From Bacillota bacterium (GTDB taxonomy: Bacteria; Bacillota; Clostridia; Oscillospirales; Ruminococcaceae), in NCBI GenBank assembly GCA_023460035.1, contig JAEWRN010000043.1, positions 85,436 to 149,435 of the forward strand: a DNA stretch of 64,000 nt. Direction: 5' to 3'. This document shows, piece after piece, positions 8,985 through 18,438 of this stretch; position 1 is the stretch's first letter; every line of letters begins with the position of its first letter. A model generated the notes under the pieces. It searched no databases. It was given only the letters and a program-made list of their open reading frames with translations, and had not been told where the DNA came from. Position numbers and translations under genes: made by a program.

Positions 8985-10781
8985 TTATTGTTCATCTTTG
9001 GGCAGCACTGCCGCCTCCGAAAAATCTTCGCGGTCCAGCGTCAAATTGGGGCTGTAAAAGGGGTCGCGCAGCAGTGCATCGCCAAAACGCTGTTTCAGCC
9101 GGGCGCGCTCCCCGTCAAACCGTTCTTTTGCTTCTCCCTTTTTATCCAGCCCGCGGCTTTTGCTCTCACAGTGGTAAGCCTGTGCCCACGGGGTAAACAG
9201 CACGGCATATCCTGCGCGGCGCAGCCGCAGGCAAAAATCGACATCGTTAAACGCGACGGCAAACCCCTCGTCGAGGCCCTCTACCGCGTCATAAACCGCC
9301 GCCGGCACCATCATCATCGCGGCCGTCACCGCTGAAAAATCCTGCACGGTGGCAAGGCGGAACATATACCCGCTGTGCCCGCGGTGCGCATATTTGTGGC
9401 TGTGCCCGGCAAACCCGCCAAGCCCTGTAATGACCCCGGCGTGCTGCACCGTATCGTCCGGGTAGTACAGCATGGCCCCCACCGCCCCGGTTTTGGGTTG
9501 CACCGCCAGCATCAGCATTTCCTGTATCCAATCTGGCGTGATGATCTCAATGTCGTTGTTCAGCAGTACCAGATATTCGCCCTTTGCCGCTTTGCGCCCA
9601 AAATTATTGATGGCGGAAAAGTTAAAAGGCCCTTCATACTGCACGACCCTGAGGTTTTGATGTTCGACCGCCACCTTTTTGTAAAACTCAAACGTCGCGG
9701 GCTCTGCCGAATTATTTTCAACCACCACTACCTCGAAATTCGGCCAGGTCGTTTTGCCGTAAATACTGTCAAGGCAACGGGTAAGGTCGTCGATGTGGTC
9801 TTTGTTCGGGATCAAGACGGAAACCAGCGGCTTGCCGCTGATGGTATAATCCACTTTATAGGTGGAGGGAAACAGCCCCTCGCGCGCTTTGCCTGCCACC
9901 CCGGTGCGCGTCAGATGCGCATCAATGGCGGCCAGCGATGCCCGTGTGACATAGGGCTTTGCCCCCACCCCGCCGCTGGTGCTGCCGGCATGCACCCGCC
10001 AGTAATACAGCACCCGCGGGATATGACAAATCTGCTTCGCGCCTTCCGTCAGGCGAAAAAACAAATCGTGGTCCTGGCTGCCGTCAAACGGTGTACGCAG
10101 ACCGCCCACCTGCCAAAACCGCTTTGCGGGGAACGCCGCAATATGCCCGATGTAATTGCAACCCAGCAGGTAATTTGGCGCAAAATCCGGCTTGAAATGC
10201 CCGACACGGGGCCGCAGCCAGTCATGGTCAAACAAGGCTTCGTCGCTGTAAATGAAATCCGCCCCGGCCGCCGCCGCCTTTGCCAGCTCATAGCAGGCAT
10301 CGGGCGACAAAATGTCATCGTGGTCGGCCAGTGCAAGGTAACTGCCGCTTGCAAGCTTTGCCGCCGCATTGGTGTTTTCGCTGATGCCGCCGTTGCCCGC
10401 CAGCTTGCAATACCGCACCCGGTCACTGTGGTAAGCTTTGACAATCTCACCCACTTCGGCGTAGTCTGCGTCGCTGGCATCGGCAAGGCAAAGCTCGCTG
10501 TTCTGGTTCGTCTGCGCTAAAAAGCTGTCTAGAAATTCTTTTAAATAGCGCGGGTCGGTATTGTACAGCGCGGTGCAGATGCTGACTTTGGGCCATGTCG
10601 CCGTGTTTTCGGCACGCTGGCGCTCCAGCACTGCACGTGCGGGCACAAAACGGCCTTTTTTAGAGCGCAAACGGCGGCGCAAAAAGCCGGTAAGGCGCCG
10701 CACCGTAGAGGCAAAGCCCTCTTCGCGCACCATTTTAAAAAACAGCTGTGCCAGCTCGCGCAGGCGTTTCATTTGCTGCAT
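8985..10781 (-). CDS. Two-domain GT2 glycosyltransferase
   Basis: Two GT-A domains: DHDD and YSDE in the first; VSVLIPNKDH, LLNNDIE, FNDVDFCLR and HCESKSRG in the second. Confidence 0.9.
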   Translation of the reverse strand: MQQMKRLRELAQLFFKMVREEGFASTVRRLTGFLRRRLRSKKGRFVPARAVLERQRAENTATWPKVSICTALYNTDPRYLKEFLDSFLAQTNQNSELCLADASDADYAEVGEIVKAYHSDRVRYCKLAGNGGISENTNAAAKLASGSYLALADHDDILSPDACYELAKAAAAGADFIYSDEALFDHDWLRPRVGHFKPDFAPNYLLGCNYIGHIAAFPAKRFWQVGGLRTPFDGSQDHDLFFRLTEGAKQICHIPRVLYYWRVHAGSTSGGVGAKPYVTRASLAAIDAHLTRTGVAGKAREGLFPSTYKVDYTISGKPLVSVLIPNKDHIDDLTRCLDSIYGKTTWPNFEVVVVENNSAEPATFEFYKKVAVEHQNLRVVQYEGPFNFSAINNFGRKAAKGEYLVLLNNDIEIITPDWIQEMLMLAVQPKTGAVGAMLYYPDDTVQHAGVITGLGGFAGHSHKYAHRGHSGYMFRLATVQDFSAVTAAMMMVPAAVYDAVEGLDEGFAVAFNDVDFCLRLRRAGYAVLFTPWAQAYHCESKSRGLDKKGEAKERFDGERARLKQRFGDALLRDPFYSPNLTLDREDFSEAAVLPKDEQ

Positions 10782-10809
10782 GCCGTCTCCTCACTTTTTC
10801 ATGCCCCGC

Positions 10810-12672
10810 TCAGCGGTAGCCGTAATTCTCATACAGCAGGGTAAAATGCGGGTTGTAATAGGGGTCACCGCCCAAAATCAGCGCTTCGTATTTTTTGCAA
10901 AACCGCTCGCGCTCACCCTGATAGCGCTGGGCATTCGGCCCGCCGGTGTCAAGCCCCCGGCTTTTGCTCTCGTAATGGTACGCTTCGGCATAGGGGGTAA
11001 ACACATTTAAGTAGCCCGCCTGCCGCAGCCGCAGGCAAAAATCGACATCATTGTAACTCACGGCAAACTGCTGCTCGTCCAGCCCGCCCAGCTTGCGGTA
11101 AAGCTCTGTTTTTACCATCAGGCAGGCACCGGTGACGGCGCTCATGTTCTGCGCGGTAGAAAGTCGGTACAAATTGCCCTTGTTCTGCCGCGGCAAGCCC
11201 TTGTGGCTGTGCCCCGCACTGCCGCCAAGACCAATAAACACCCCGGCATGCTGAATTTTATCATCCGGGTAATAAAGCTTTGCCCCCACCGCGCCGACAT
11301 CCGGGCGCTGGGCATACATCAACAGCTCGGTGATAAACCCGTCGCTCAGCAGCTCAATATCGTTGTTGAGCAGCAATAGCTGTTCGCCCTTTGCCGCGCG
11401 TGCGGCAAAGTTGTTGATGGCAGAAAAATTAAACGGCCCTTTGTAGGTGAGCAGCCGGCAATTGGGGTAGTGCGGCAGTTCGTTTTCGTAAAACGCAAAG
11501 GTTTCCGCCTGTGCCGAATTGTTTTCGATTACAAGCAGCTCCAGATTTTCGTAACCTGCTTTTTGCACCAGGCTGTCAAGGCAGCGGCGCAAATCATCGG
11601 TGTGGTCCTTATTGGGGATGAGCACCGAAACCAGCGGGCGGGCAGTCAGCTCGTACGTCACCCTGTAACTGCCGGGGGCATCCTCCTGCGGGGCAACCGT
11701 ACCGGGCAGGCCAAGGCGCTGCAACTGTGCCGCAATTGCCTTTGCCCCCGCCTCAATGGCATAGGGCTTTGCCGAAATATCGCTGGCCGTTGAAAGCGCG
11801 TGGCTGCGCCAGAAGTATAGCACCTTCGGGATATGATGCACCACTTTTGCCTGCTCGGTCAGGCGCAAAATTAAATCATAGTCCTGCGCGCCGTCAAACT
11901 GCGCGCGCTCACCGCCGCCTGCCTGTTGCAGCAGCTCGCGGCAAAACACCGAAAAGTGGGTGATATAGTTGCAGCCGCGCAGGGTATCGGGTGAAAAATC
12001 CGGTTTAAAGTGATATTCGCGCAGTGTTTTTAAATCGGCGCCCAGCACGATTTCATCACTGTACAAAAAATCGGCGCCGGTCTCATTGATGGCCCGCACC
12101 ACTTCGTAAAGCGCATTTTTTTGCAGGGTGTCGTCATGGTCCAGCAGTGCCAAATAATCGCCGTTCGCCTCTGCAAAGCCCAAGTTGGTGTTGTTTGAAA
12201 TGCCGCCGTTTTTTGCAAGCCGGACATAATTGACCCGCTCGTCCGCAAGGCCCTTGCAATAGGCCCCCACCTCTGCGTGTTCACGGTCACTCGCATCCAC
12301 GAGCACAAGTTCTAAATTGGTATAGCTCTGGCCCAGCACACTTTCTGCCATCTGCCGCAGGTACAGCAACGGCGTATTGTACAGCGGTACTACCACGCTG
12401 ATGCACGGCATTTTTGCAAACTGCGCCCGCCGCTGCGCGCGCAGTTCTTTGCGCAGCGGCAGGTCGGCACGGTGCTGCCAGGTGTCGCGCCCCAGCATCA
12501 GGTTTACCCGAAACGCAATCTCACGCCCGGTAGCCTCTGCCCCCTGCTCGGTCAGGCTGCGCGCACCGCGCCGCAGCAGGCTGGCTGCGTGGGCCGGCGA
12601 AAGGCTGCGGCGCACCGCCTTGCCAATGCTGTCCTGTTCGGCCGCAGGCTGCTGGGTCGGTTTTTCACTCAT
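10810..12672 (-). CDS. Two-domain GT2 glycosyltransferase (paralog of 8985-10781)
   Basis: ISVVVPLYNTP, LDHDD, YSDE, VSVLIPNKDH, LLNNDIE, YNDVDFCLR and HYESKSRG motifs. Confidence 0.9.
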   Translation of the reverse strand: MSEKPTQQPAAEQDSIGKAVRRSLSPAHAASLLRRGARSLTEQGAEATGREIAFRVNLMLGRDTWQHRADLPLRKELRAQRRAQFAKMPCISVVVPLYNTPLLYLRQMAESVLGQSYTNLELVLVDASDREHAEVGAYCKGLADERVNYVRLAKNGGISNNTNLGFAEANGDYLALLDHDDTLQKNALYEVVRAINETGADFLYSDEIVLGADLKTLREYHFKPDFSPDTLRGCNYITHFSVFCRELLQQAGGGERAQFDGAQDYDLILRLTEQAKVVHHIPKVLYFWRSHALSTASDISAKPYAIEAGAKAIAAQLQRLGLPGTVAPQEDAPGSYRVTYELTARPLVSVLIPNKDHTDDLRRCLDSLVQKAGYENLELLVIENNSAQAETFAFYENELPHYPNCRLLTYKGPFNFSAINNFAARAAKGEQLLLLNNDIELLSDGFITELLMYAQRPDVGAVGAKLYYPDDKIQHAGVFIGLGGSAGHSHKGLPRQNKGNLYRLSTAQNMSAVTGACLMVKTELYRKLGGLDEQQFAVSYNDVDFCLRLRQAGYLNVFTPYAEAYHYESKSRGLDTGGPNAQRYQGERERFCKKYEALILGGDPYYNPHFTLLYENYGYR

Positions 12673-13438
12673 GCTTGTCGGTCCTTTCCTCTTGTTCCGC
12701 AGCAGCGGCAGGGTCCAGCTGCTTGTATGCTTCGCACACTTCGCTCACCGCACCGTCCAGCTTGATTTTGCCATGGTCCAGCCACGCCACCTTGTTGCAC
12801 AGGCGCTCGATCTGGCTGATGGAATGGCTGACAATCAACACTGTGGTGCCGCCGCTCATCAATTCGCGCATCCGCTGTTCGCATTTCTTTTGGAACAAAA
12901 AGTCACCGACCGACAAAATTTCGTCCGCAATCAGCACATCGGGCTTTGTCACGGTGGCAATGGCAAAGGCGATGCGGGCCACCATGCCGGACGAATAGTT
13001 TTTCAGCGGCACATCCAAAAAGTCGCGCAGTTCGCTGAAATCAACAATCTCGTCAAATTTTTCGTCAATAAAAGAGGGCTCCAGCCCCAGCACCGCGCCG
13101 TTGAGGTAGATGTTTTCACGGGCGGTCAGGTCCATGTCAAATCCGGCCCCAAGCTCAATCAGCGGGGCAATGGTGCCGCGCACCACCGCAGTGCCGGTCG
13201 TGGGCTTCAGCACCCCTGCCACAATTTTTAAAAGCGTCGATTTGCCGCTGCCATTGAGGCCGATCAGGCCATACACATCGCCGCGTTCCACCGTCAGCGA
13301 AACACCGCGCAGCGCATAAAATTCTTCAAATTTCAGCGTGCCCTTTGCCTTTTTGATAAAAAACTCTTTCAGGTTGTCGACCCGTTCTTTTGCCATGTTA
13401 AACCGCATGGAAACGTCGCGCACTTCAATCATGCTCAT
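12665..13438 (-). CDS. Polysaccharide ABC transporter ATP-binding protein (Wzt/RgpD-like, no C-terminal binding domain)
   Basis: Walker A GLNGSGKST, signature YSSGM, Walker B LIADE, VSH. Start codon uncertain (13447, 13438 or 13432). Confidence 0.92.
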   Translation of the reverse strand: MSMIEVRDVSMRFNMAKERVDNLKEFFIKKAKGTLKFEEFYALRGVSLTVERGDVYGLIGLNGSGKSTLLKIVAGVLKPTTGTAVVRGTIAPLIELGAGFDMDLTARENIYLNGAVLGLEPSFIDEKFDEIVDFSELRDFLDVPLKNYSSGMVARIAFAIATVTKPDVLIADEILSVGDFLFQKKCEQRMRELMSGGTTVLIVSHSISQIERLCNKVAWLDHGKIKLDGAVSEVCEAYKQLDPAAAAEQEERTDKHE

Positions 13439-13450
13439 TTTGCGCACCCC

Positions 13451-14257
13451 TTAAATGTACAGGACAAAACGGTCCTGCGTTTTTTTGAAGAGCACTAGCC
13501 CAAACACAAGTGCAACAACGGCCGAAAGGCAGGTGCCAATCCACGCATTGAGTTTTGGCATATTGCCATAGATGACAAGGTCTCGGAACATGCTGACAAA
13601 CCAGTAAAGCGGGTTGAACGGGATGATCTTCAGCGCCCATTCCGGCAGGATACTCACATCGTAAATGATTGGGGTCAAATACATCAGCGCCGTGACAAGC
13701 ACCCCATACAAATGCATGATGTCGCGAAAGAACACCGTGGCAGCCGCAAGGATAAGCCCCACCCCAAAGTTAAAGACAAACAAAATAACGAGCGGCACCC
13801 AAAACAGCAGCACCGTGGGGTGCAGCGGCGTGCGGGTCGCCATCAGCACCAGCACCAGCGCAATCAGGCTGAACAGCGTGTTGACAAACGAAAAGGCCAC
13901 TTTTTCCAGCGGAAAAATATATTTGGGGATGTACACCTTGCGGATGAGCGGCGCGCTGCCCAGCACACTGCTCATCGCCGTCTGGGTTGCCTCTGCAAAA
14001 AAGTTGTACACCACTTGGCCGGTCAGCAGGTAAACGGCAAAGTTTACCTGCATGTCACCGCGGTTCATCTGAATATTGTGGAAAATCTGGCTGAACACGA
14101 CATACAGCACAATCATCATCAACAACGGGTTGAGCACGCTCCATAAAATGCCCAGCACACTGCGCCTGTATTTCACCTTGATGTCACGGCTGATGAGGTT
14201 GTGCAGCAGATGGCGGTACCGCCAGAAATCCTGAATATAGGGTTTCAGTTTGCTCAT
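13451..14257 (-). CDS. Polysaccharide ABC transporter permease (Wzm/RgpC-like)
   Basis: RDIKVKYRRSVLGILWSVLNPLL, VFFRD, YLTPIIY and NPLY motifs; six TMs. Confidence 0.92.
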   Translation of the reverse strand: MSKLKPYIQDFWRYRHLLHNLISRDIKVKYRRSVLGILWSVLNPLLMMIVLYVVFSQIFHNIQMNRGDMQVNFAVYLLTGQVVYNFFAEATQTAMSSVLGSAPLIRKVYIPKYIFPLEKVAFSFVNTLFSLIALVLVLMATRTPLHPTVLLFWVPLVILFVFNFGVGLILAAATVFFRDIMHLYGVLVTALMYLTPIIYDVSILPEWALKIIPFNPLYWFVSMFRDLVIYGNMPKLNAWIGTCLSAVVALVFGLVLFKKTQDRFVLYI

Positions 14258-14829
14258 TTCGCAAGCCACCTCGTAAAGTAATCAAAGTTTTGCTGTGCAA
14301 ATTCAGGGTGCTCGGCATCCTTTTCGCTGGTCAAAAACGGGGTGCCCACCTGCGGCCATTCCACCCCAACGCTCGGGTCGTTCCATGGGATACCGCCCTC
14401 GTCGCCGGGGGTGTAATAATCGGTGCACTTATACGTAAATTCCGCTTCGTCGCTCAGCACCACAAACCCGTGGGCAAACCCTTCTGGGATGTAAAACATC
14501 TTTTTGTTTTCTGCCGAAAGCGCGACCCCAGTCCATTTGCCAAAAGCGGGGCTGCCGGGGCGGCAGTCCACCGCGACGTCAAACACCTCGCCGGAAACCA
14601 CCCGCACCAGCTTGCCCTGCGGGTGCTGCTTTTGAAAATGCAACCCGCGCAGCACACCGCGGCTGCTTTTCGACTGGTTGTCCTGCACAAATTCGCGGTC
14701 AATACCACCCTGCGCAAACTCACGGCGGGTATAGGTCTCCATAAAATAGCCGCGCGCATCGCCGAACACAGTCGGCTCAATAATGACCACCCCGGGTAAC
14801 CCGGTTTCAATGAAGTTGAATTTTCCCAT
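14254..14829 (-). CDS. rmlC: dTDP-4-dehydrorhamnose 3,5-epimerase
   Basis: FGDARGYFME, FVQDNQS, GVLRGLHFQ, PEGFAHGF and YKCTDYY motifs. Confidence 0.96.
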   Translation of the reverse strand: MGKFNFIETGLPGVVIIEPTVFGDARGYFMETYTRREFAQGGIDREFVQDNQSKSSRGVLRGLHFQKQHPQGKLVRVVSGEVFDVAVDCRPGSPAFGKWTGVALSAENKKMFYIPEGFAHGFVVLSDEAEFTYKCTDYYTPGDEGGIPWNDPSVGVEWPQVGTPFLTSEKDAEHPEFAQQNFDYFTRWLAK

Positions 14830-15013
14830 GTCATACCTCTTGGTTATGTTAGAATTTTTCCGGCTTTTTTACCTGTTGCTGCCAGCTTTTTTCAGTTTTG
14901 GCACATTTTGATACATTATGTATTCTATCACACAGGCATAAAAAATTCCACTTTCTGTGCTGATTTGTCGCCAAACTTTAAACGCCGCCCTGCCGCCGCC
15001 GGCGGTAATGGCT

Positions 15014-15044
15014 AAAAAGCGGTGCCCCGCCATGCAGGGCACCG
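15014..15044 (-). terminator. Intrinsic terminator downstream of fhs
   Basis: GCGGTGCCC/GGGCACCGC stem with an A5 run on the + strand (U-tract on the - strand). Confidence 0.65.
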
Positions 15045-15064
15045 CAAGCAACAGGCCTTTGCCG

Positions 15065-16741
15065 TTAAAACAGCCCGGTAATCTTACCGCTGGCATCCAC
15101 ATCAATCTGCTCGGCCGCCGGCACCTTGGGCAGGCCGGGCATTGTCATAATGGCGCCGCACAGCACCACAATAAAGCCCGCCCCGGCAGAAAGCCGCACG
15201 TCCCGCACCTGCACGGTAAACCCGCTTGGCGCCGCCAGCAGCTTGGGGTTGTCGCTAAACGAATACTGTGTTTTCGCAATGCAAACCGGGCAGTGGCCAT
15301 ACCCCAGCTGTTCATACGTCGCCAGTGCCTTTTGCGCCGCCGCCGAAAACTCGACATCGTCGGCGCGGTACACCTTGCGGCAGACGGCACGCACCTTTTC
15401 GGCAAGCGGCAGCTCGTCGGCATAGGTAAGCTGCAGAGCCGGTGTCTCGGCCTGTTCGTCGATGACCGCAAGCACCTGCTGTGCCAGCTGTTCGCCGCCG
15501 GCACCGCCTTTGGCAAATACCTCAGACAGCGCGCAGGGCACCCCCATGCTGCCGCACAGGGCCTCCACCTCGCCCCGCTCAGCGTCGGTATCGGTGGGGA
15601 AGGCGTTGAGCGCGACGACGACCGGCAGGCCAAAGTTTTGCATATTTTCAATGTGGCGGGCAAGGTTTGGCAGCCCGGCACGCACAAAATCAACACTGGG
15701 CTCGCCGAGTGCCTGCTTGGGGCAGCCGCCGTGGTGTTTGAGCGCGCGCAGTGTTGCCACCACGACCACCGCGCTGGGCCGGATGCCGGACAGCCGGCAC
15801 TTGATATCCAAAAACTTTTCGGCGCCAAGGTCGGCGCCAAAGCCCGCCTCGGTCACCACATAGTCTGCCAGCTTGCACGAAAGCCGGGTGGCAACCACGC
15901 TGTTGCAGCCGTGGGCGATGTTGGCAAACGGCCCGCCGTGGATGAGCGCCGGGGTGTGCTCCAGCGTCTGCACCAAATTGGGGTCAAACGCATCCTTCAG
16001 CAGCGCGGTCATTGCGCCCGCGGCACCCAGCTGTGCCGCCGTCACCGGCTCGCCCGCATAGGTCCAGCCCACCACAATGCGCCCAAGGCGTTCTTTCAAA
16101 TCGGCAAGGTCAGACGCAAGGCAGAACACCGCCATCACTTCGCTTGCCACCGTGATGTCAAACGCGTCCTCGCGCGGGGTACCGTTTGTTTTGCCGCCAA
16201 GCCCGTCCACAAGGTCGCGCAGCTGGCGGTCGTTCATATCCACACAGCGGTGCCAGGTGACACGGCGCGGGTCAATGCCCAGCCGGTTGCCCTGAAAAAT
16301 ATGGTTATCCACCATGGCGGCCAGCAGGTTGTTGGCCGCGCCGATGGCGTGCAGGTCCCCGGTAAAATGCAGGTTGATGTCCTCCATCGGCACTACCTGC
16401 GCATACCCGCCACCCGCAGCACCTCCCTTGACCCCAAACACCGGGCCAAGGCTGGGCTCGCGCAGGCAAAGCATCACGCGGCGGTTTAGGCGGTGCAGCG
16501 CGTCGGCAAGGCCCACGCTGGTGGTTGTTTTGCCCTCGCCCGCCGGGGTGGGGCTGATGGCAGTCACCAAAATTACCCTGCCATCCGGCTGCTGCGCCAG
16601 CTGGGTGAGCAGCCGGTGGTCCAGCTTTGCTTTATAGCGGCCATACGGGCTGACACTTTGCGCAGCAAGGCCAATCCCCTCTGCAACCTGTTCGATGGGC
16701 AGCATCTGTGCCTCCTGGGCAATCTCAATATCGGTTTTCAT
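15065..16741 (-). CDS. fhs: Formate--tetrahydrofolate ligase
   Basis: [53 protein letters not shown] and MTMPGL motifs. GGAGG RBS. Confidence 0.97.
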   Translation of the reverse strand: MKTDIEIAQEAQMLPIEQVAEGIGLAAQSVSPYGRYKAKLDHRLLTQLAQQPDGRVILVTAISPTPAGEGKTTTSVGLADALHRLNRRVMLCLREPSLGPVFGVKGGAAGGGYAQVVPMEDINLHFTGDLHAIGAANNLLAAMVDNHIFQGNRLGIDPRRVTWHRCVDMNDRQLRDLVDGLGGKTNGTPREDAFDITVASEVMAVFCLASDLADLKERLGRIVVGWTYAGEPVTAAQLGAAGAMTALLKDAFDPNLVQTLEHTPALIHGGPFANIAHGCNSVVATRLSCKLADYVVTEAGFGADLGAEKFLDIKCRLSGIRPSAVVVVATLRALKHHGGCPKQALGEPSVDFVRAGLPNLARHIENMQNFGLPVVVALNAFPTDTDAERGEVEALCGSMGVPCALSEVFAKGGAGGEQLAQQVLAVIDEQAETPALQLTYADELPLAEKVRAVCRKVYRADDVEFSAAAQKALATYEQLGYGHCPVCIAKTQYSFSDNPKLLAAPSGFTVQVRDVRLSAGAGFIVVLCGAIMTMPGLPKVPAAEQIDVDASGKITGLF

Positions 16742-16813
16742 GCGCGCCTCCTGTTGCGTTTTCACAATAAAACAAGGCGGGCCTTTTTGCAGCCACGCCC
16801 AAACTTTACCTTA

Positions 16814-17290
16814 CTATTCTGCCGGTTCTTCCGCTTTGCAGACATCAACCCAGCTGCCGCCGGTATACTCTTCAAACCTTGCCACCTCTACCCGCACAGC
16901 GCTGTCTGGGGTACCGGCCGCGGGGTAAACCACGTCATATTTCTTTAAAGAGGCGTCCAGATATACCGCCACGCCCTGCGGCAGCGCAAACGGGCACACC
17001 CCGCCCACCGGGTGGCCGGTCACCTCCAGGGTGTCCTCGTGGCTCAGCATGCTGGCCTTGCAATGAAACTGGTCTTTGAACTTGCGGTTGTCAATGCGCC
17101 CGGTGCCGCAGACGACCAGCACCATCGCACTGCCGTCCTTCAGCCGGAATGCAAGGCTTTTGGCAATGCGCCCCTCTTCTACCCCCAGCACCGCCGCCGC
17201 CTTGGCCACCGTACTGGTGTCCTCCCCGGTAAAAAGCACCGGCAGATCAAACTGTCTTTCCTTTAAATAAGCCGTTACTCTGTTTTCCAT
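16814..17290 (-). CDS. YbaK/EbsC-family aminoacyl-tRNA deacylase
   Basis: IAKSL, TGHPVGGVCPF, YLDASL and YPAAG motifs. Confidence 0.9.
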   Translation of the reverse strand: MENRVTAYLKERQFDLPVLFTGEDTSTVAKAAAVLGVEEGRIAKSLAFRLKDGSAMVLVVCGTGRIDNRKFKDQFHCKASMLSHEDTLEVTGHPVGGVCPFALPQGVAVYLDASLKKYDVVYPAAGTPDSAVRVEVARFEEYTGGSWVDVCKAEEPAE

Positions 17291-17427
17291 GCCGCAACTT
17301 GCCCTCTTTTCTGCAATTTGCCTTACCTTGGCAATATTTTTTCACAATTCACTAGTAGAATAGTAACAAATCGTCTGTACAATTACAAGGGGAAGCTGTG
17401 TTTTCACAGAAGGTGTATATTTTTGGT

Positions 17428-17456
17428 TTGACAACCGTGCCTTATCACCTTAAAAT
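17428..17456 (+). promoter_or_regulatory. Sigma-A promoter of degV
   Basis: TTGACA-17 bp-TAAAAT. Confidence 0.75.
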
Positions 17457-17513
17457 GGGAAGCAACCGTCTTTGAACATACCCGGGTACTGTAACCGGGC
17501 CGGGAGGATATTT

Positions 17514-18362
17514 ATGGCCATTTCGATTCTCGTCGACAGCTGCTGCGACGTTACCCCGGCACTGAAAAATCTGCTGGAGCTGCACGTGATCCCGTTGGAA
17601 CTGCGCATTGGCAACACCTATACCCAAATGGATGACGAAACACTGGACCCGCTGGAGTTTCTTACAAAAATGAAAGCTTCGCGCGAGGCCACCTCTACCG
17701 CGTGCCCGTCACCGGAGGCCTATGCCGCCGAAATGCGCGCCACCGACGCCTGCATCGTGGTCACACTTTCTTCAAAGCTTTCCGGCAGCTATAACGCGGC
17801 GGTCATGGGCCGCGAGCTGGTGCTGGAGGAAACGCCCGACAAACAAATTTACGTGCTGGATTCTGAAAGCGCATCTGCCGGGCAGACCCGCCTTGCGCTG
17901 TTTTTAGCCGATAAAATACGCGAAGAGTTGCCGTTTGATGATATTGTGCGCGAAGCCTGCGCGCTGCGCGACAAAATGCGCACGATGTTTGTGCTGGAAG
18001 ACCTGTCAAACCTGATTAAGGCGGGGCGCATCAGCAAGGCGGCCGGTGTGATTGGCAGTATGCTGAGCCTGCGCCCGCTGATGTCGGAAAACGGCGAGGG
18101 CGAAATCATCTGCCTTGAAAAAATCCGCGGCACCGCCAACGCGCTGAAAAAGCTGGTGCAAAAGGTGGCCGAGTTGACGGCCGACGCCGCGCACCGCAGT
18201 GTGCGGCTGGTCATCAGCCAGTGCAACTGTGCCGAGCGGGCACAGGCCCTGAAAAAGGATTTGCTGAACGCCTGCCCCGCGCTGGAGGACGTGCTGGTCG
18301 TGCCGACCTGCGGGGTATCTACCCTGTACGCCAATGACGGCGGCATCGTAATTGCATTTTAA
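17514..18362 (+). CDS. DegV-family fatty-acid-binding protein (FakB-like)
   Basis: DSCCD, STACPSP, LSSKLSGSYNAA, DSESASAGQ and LIKAGRI motifs. GGGAGG RBS. Confidence 0.92.
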   Translation: MAISILVDSCCDVTPALKNLLELHVIPLELRIGNTYTQMDDETLDPLEFLTKMKASREATSTACPSPEAYAAEMRATDACIVVTLSSKLSGSYNAAVMGRELVLEETPDKQIYVLDSESASAGQTRLALFLADKIREELPFDDIVREACALRDKMRTMFVLEDLSNLIKAGRISKAAGVIGSMLSLRPLMSENGEGEIICLEKIRGTANALKKLVQKVAELTADAAHRSVRLVISQCNCAERAQALKKDLLNACPALEDVLVVPTCGVSTLYANDGGIVIAF

Positions 18363-18402
18363 CAGTTTTCAACAGCACGCTGTTTTTTATGTTTAAAACT
18401 TG

Positions 18403-18436
18403 GCAGCACCGGCCACAGGGCCGGTGCTGCTTTTTT
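18403..18436 (+). terminator. Intrinsic terminator
   Basis: GCAGCACCGGCC-ACAG-GGCCGGTGCTGC followed by T6. Confidence 0.85.
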
Positions 18437-18438
18437 GT

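Noticed and set aside
14957..16489. 510-aa ORF antisense to fhs
   Set aside because: Overlaps an unambiguous gene on the opposite strand; composition is typical of a GC-rich shadow ORF.
16742..16813. Possible ZTP or THF riboswitch upstream of fhs
   Set aside because: Only ~70 nt are available after the ybaK stop, and no recognisable aptamer consensus or terminator is present.
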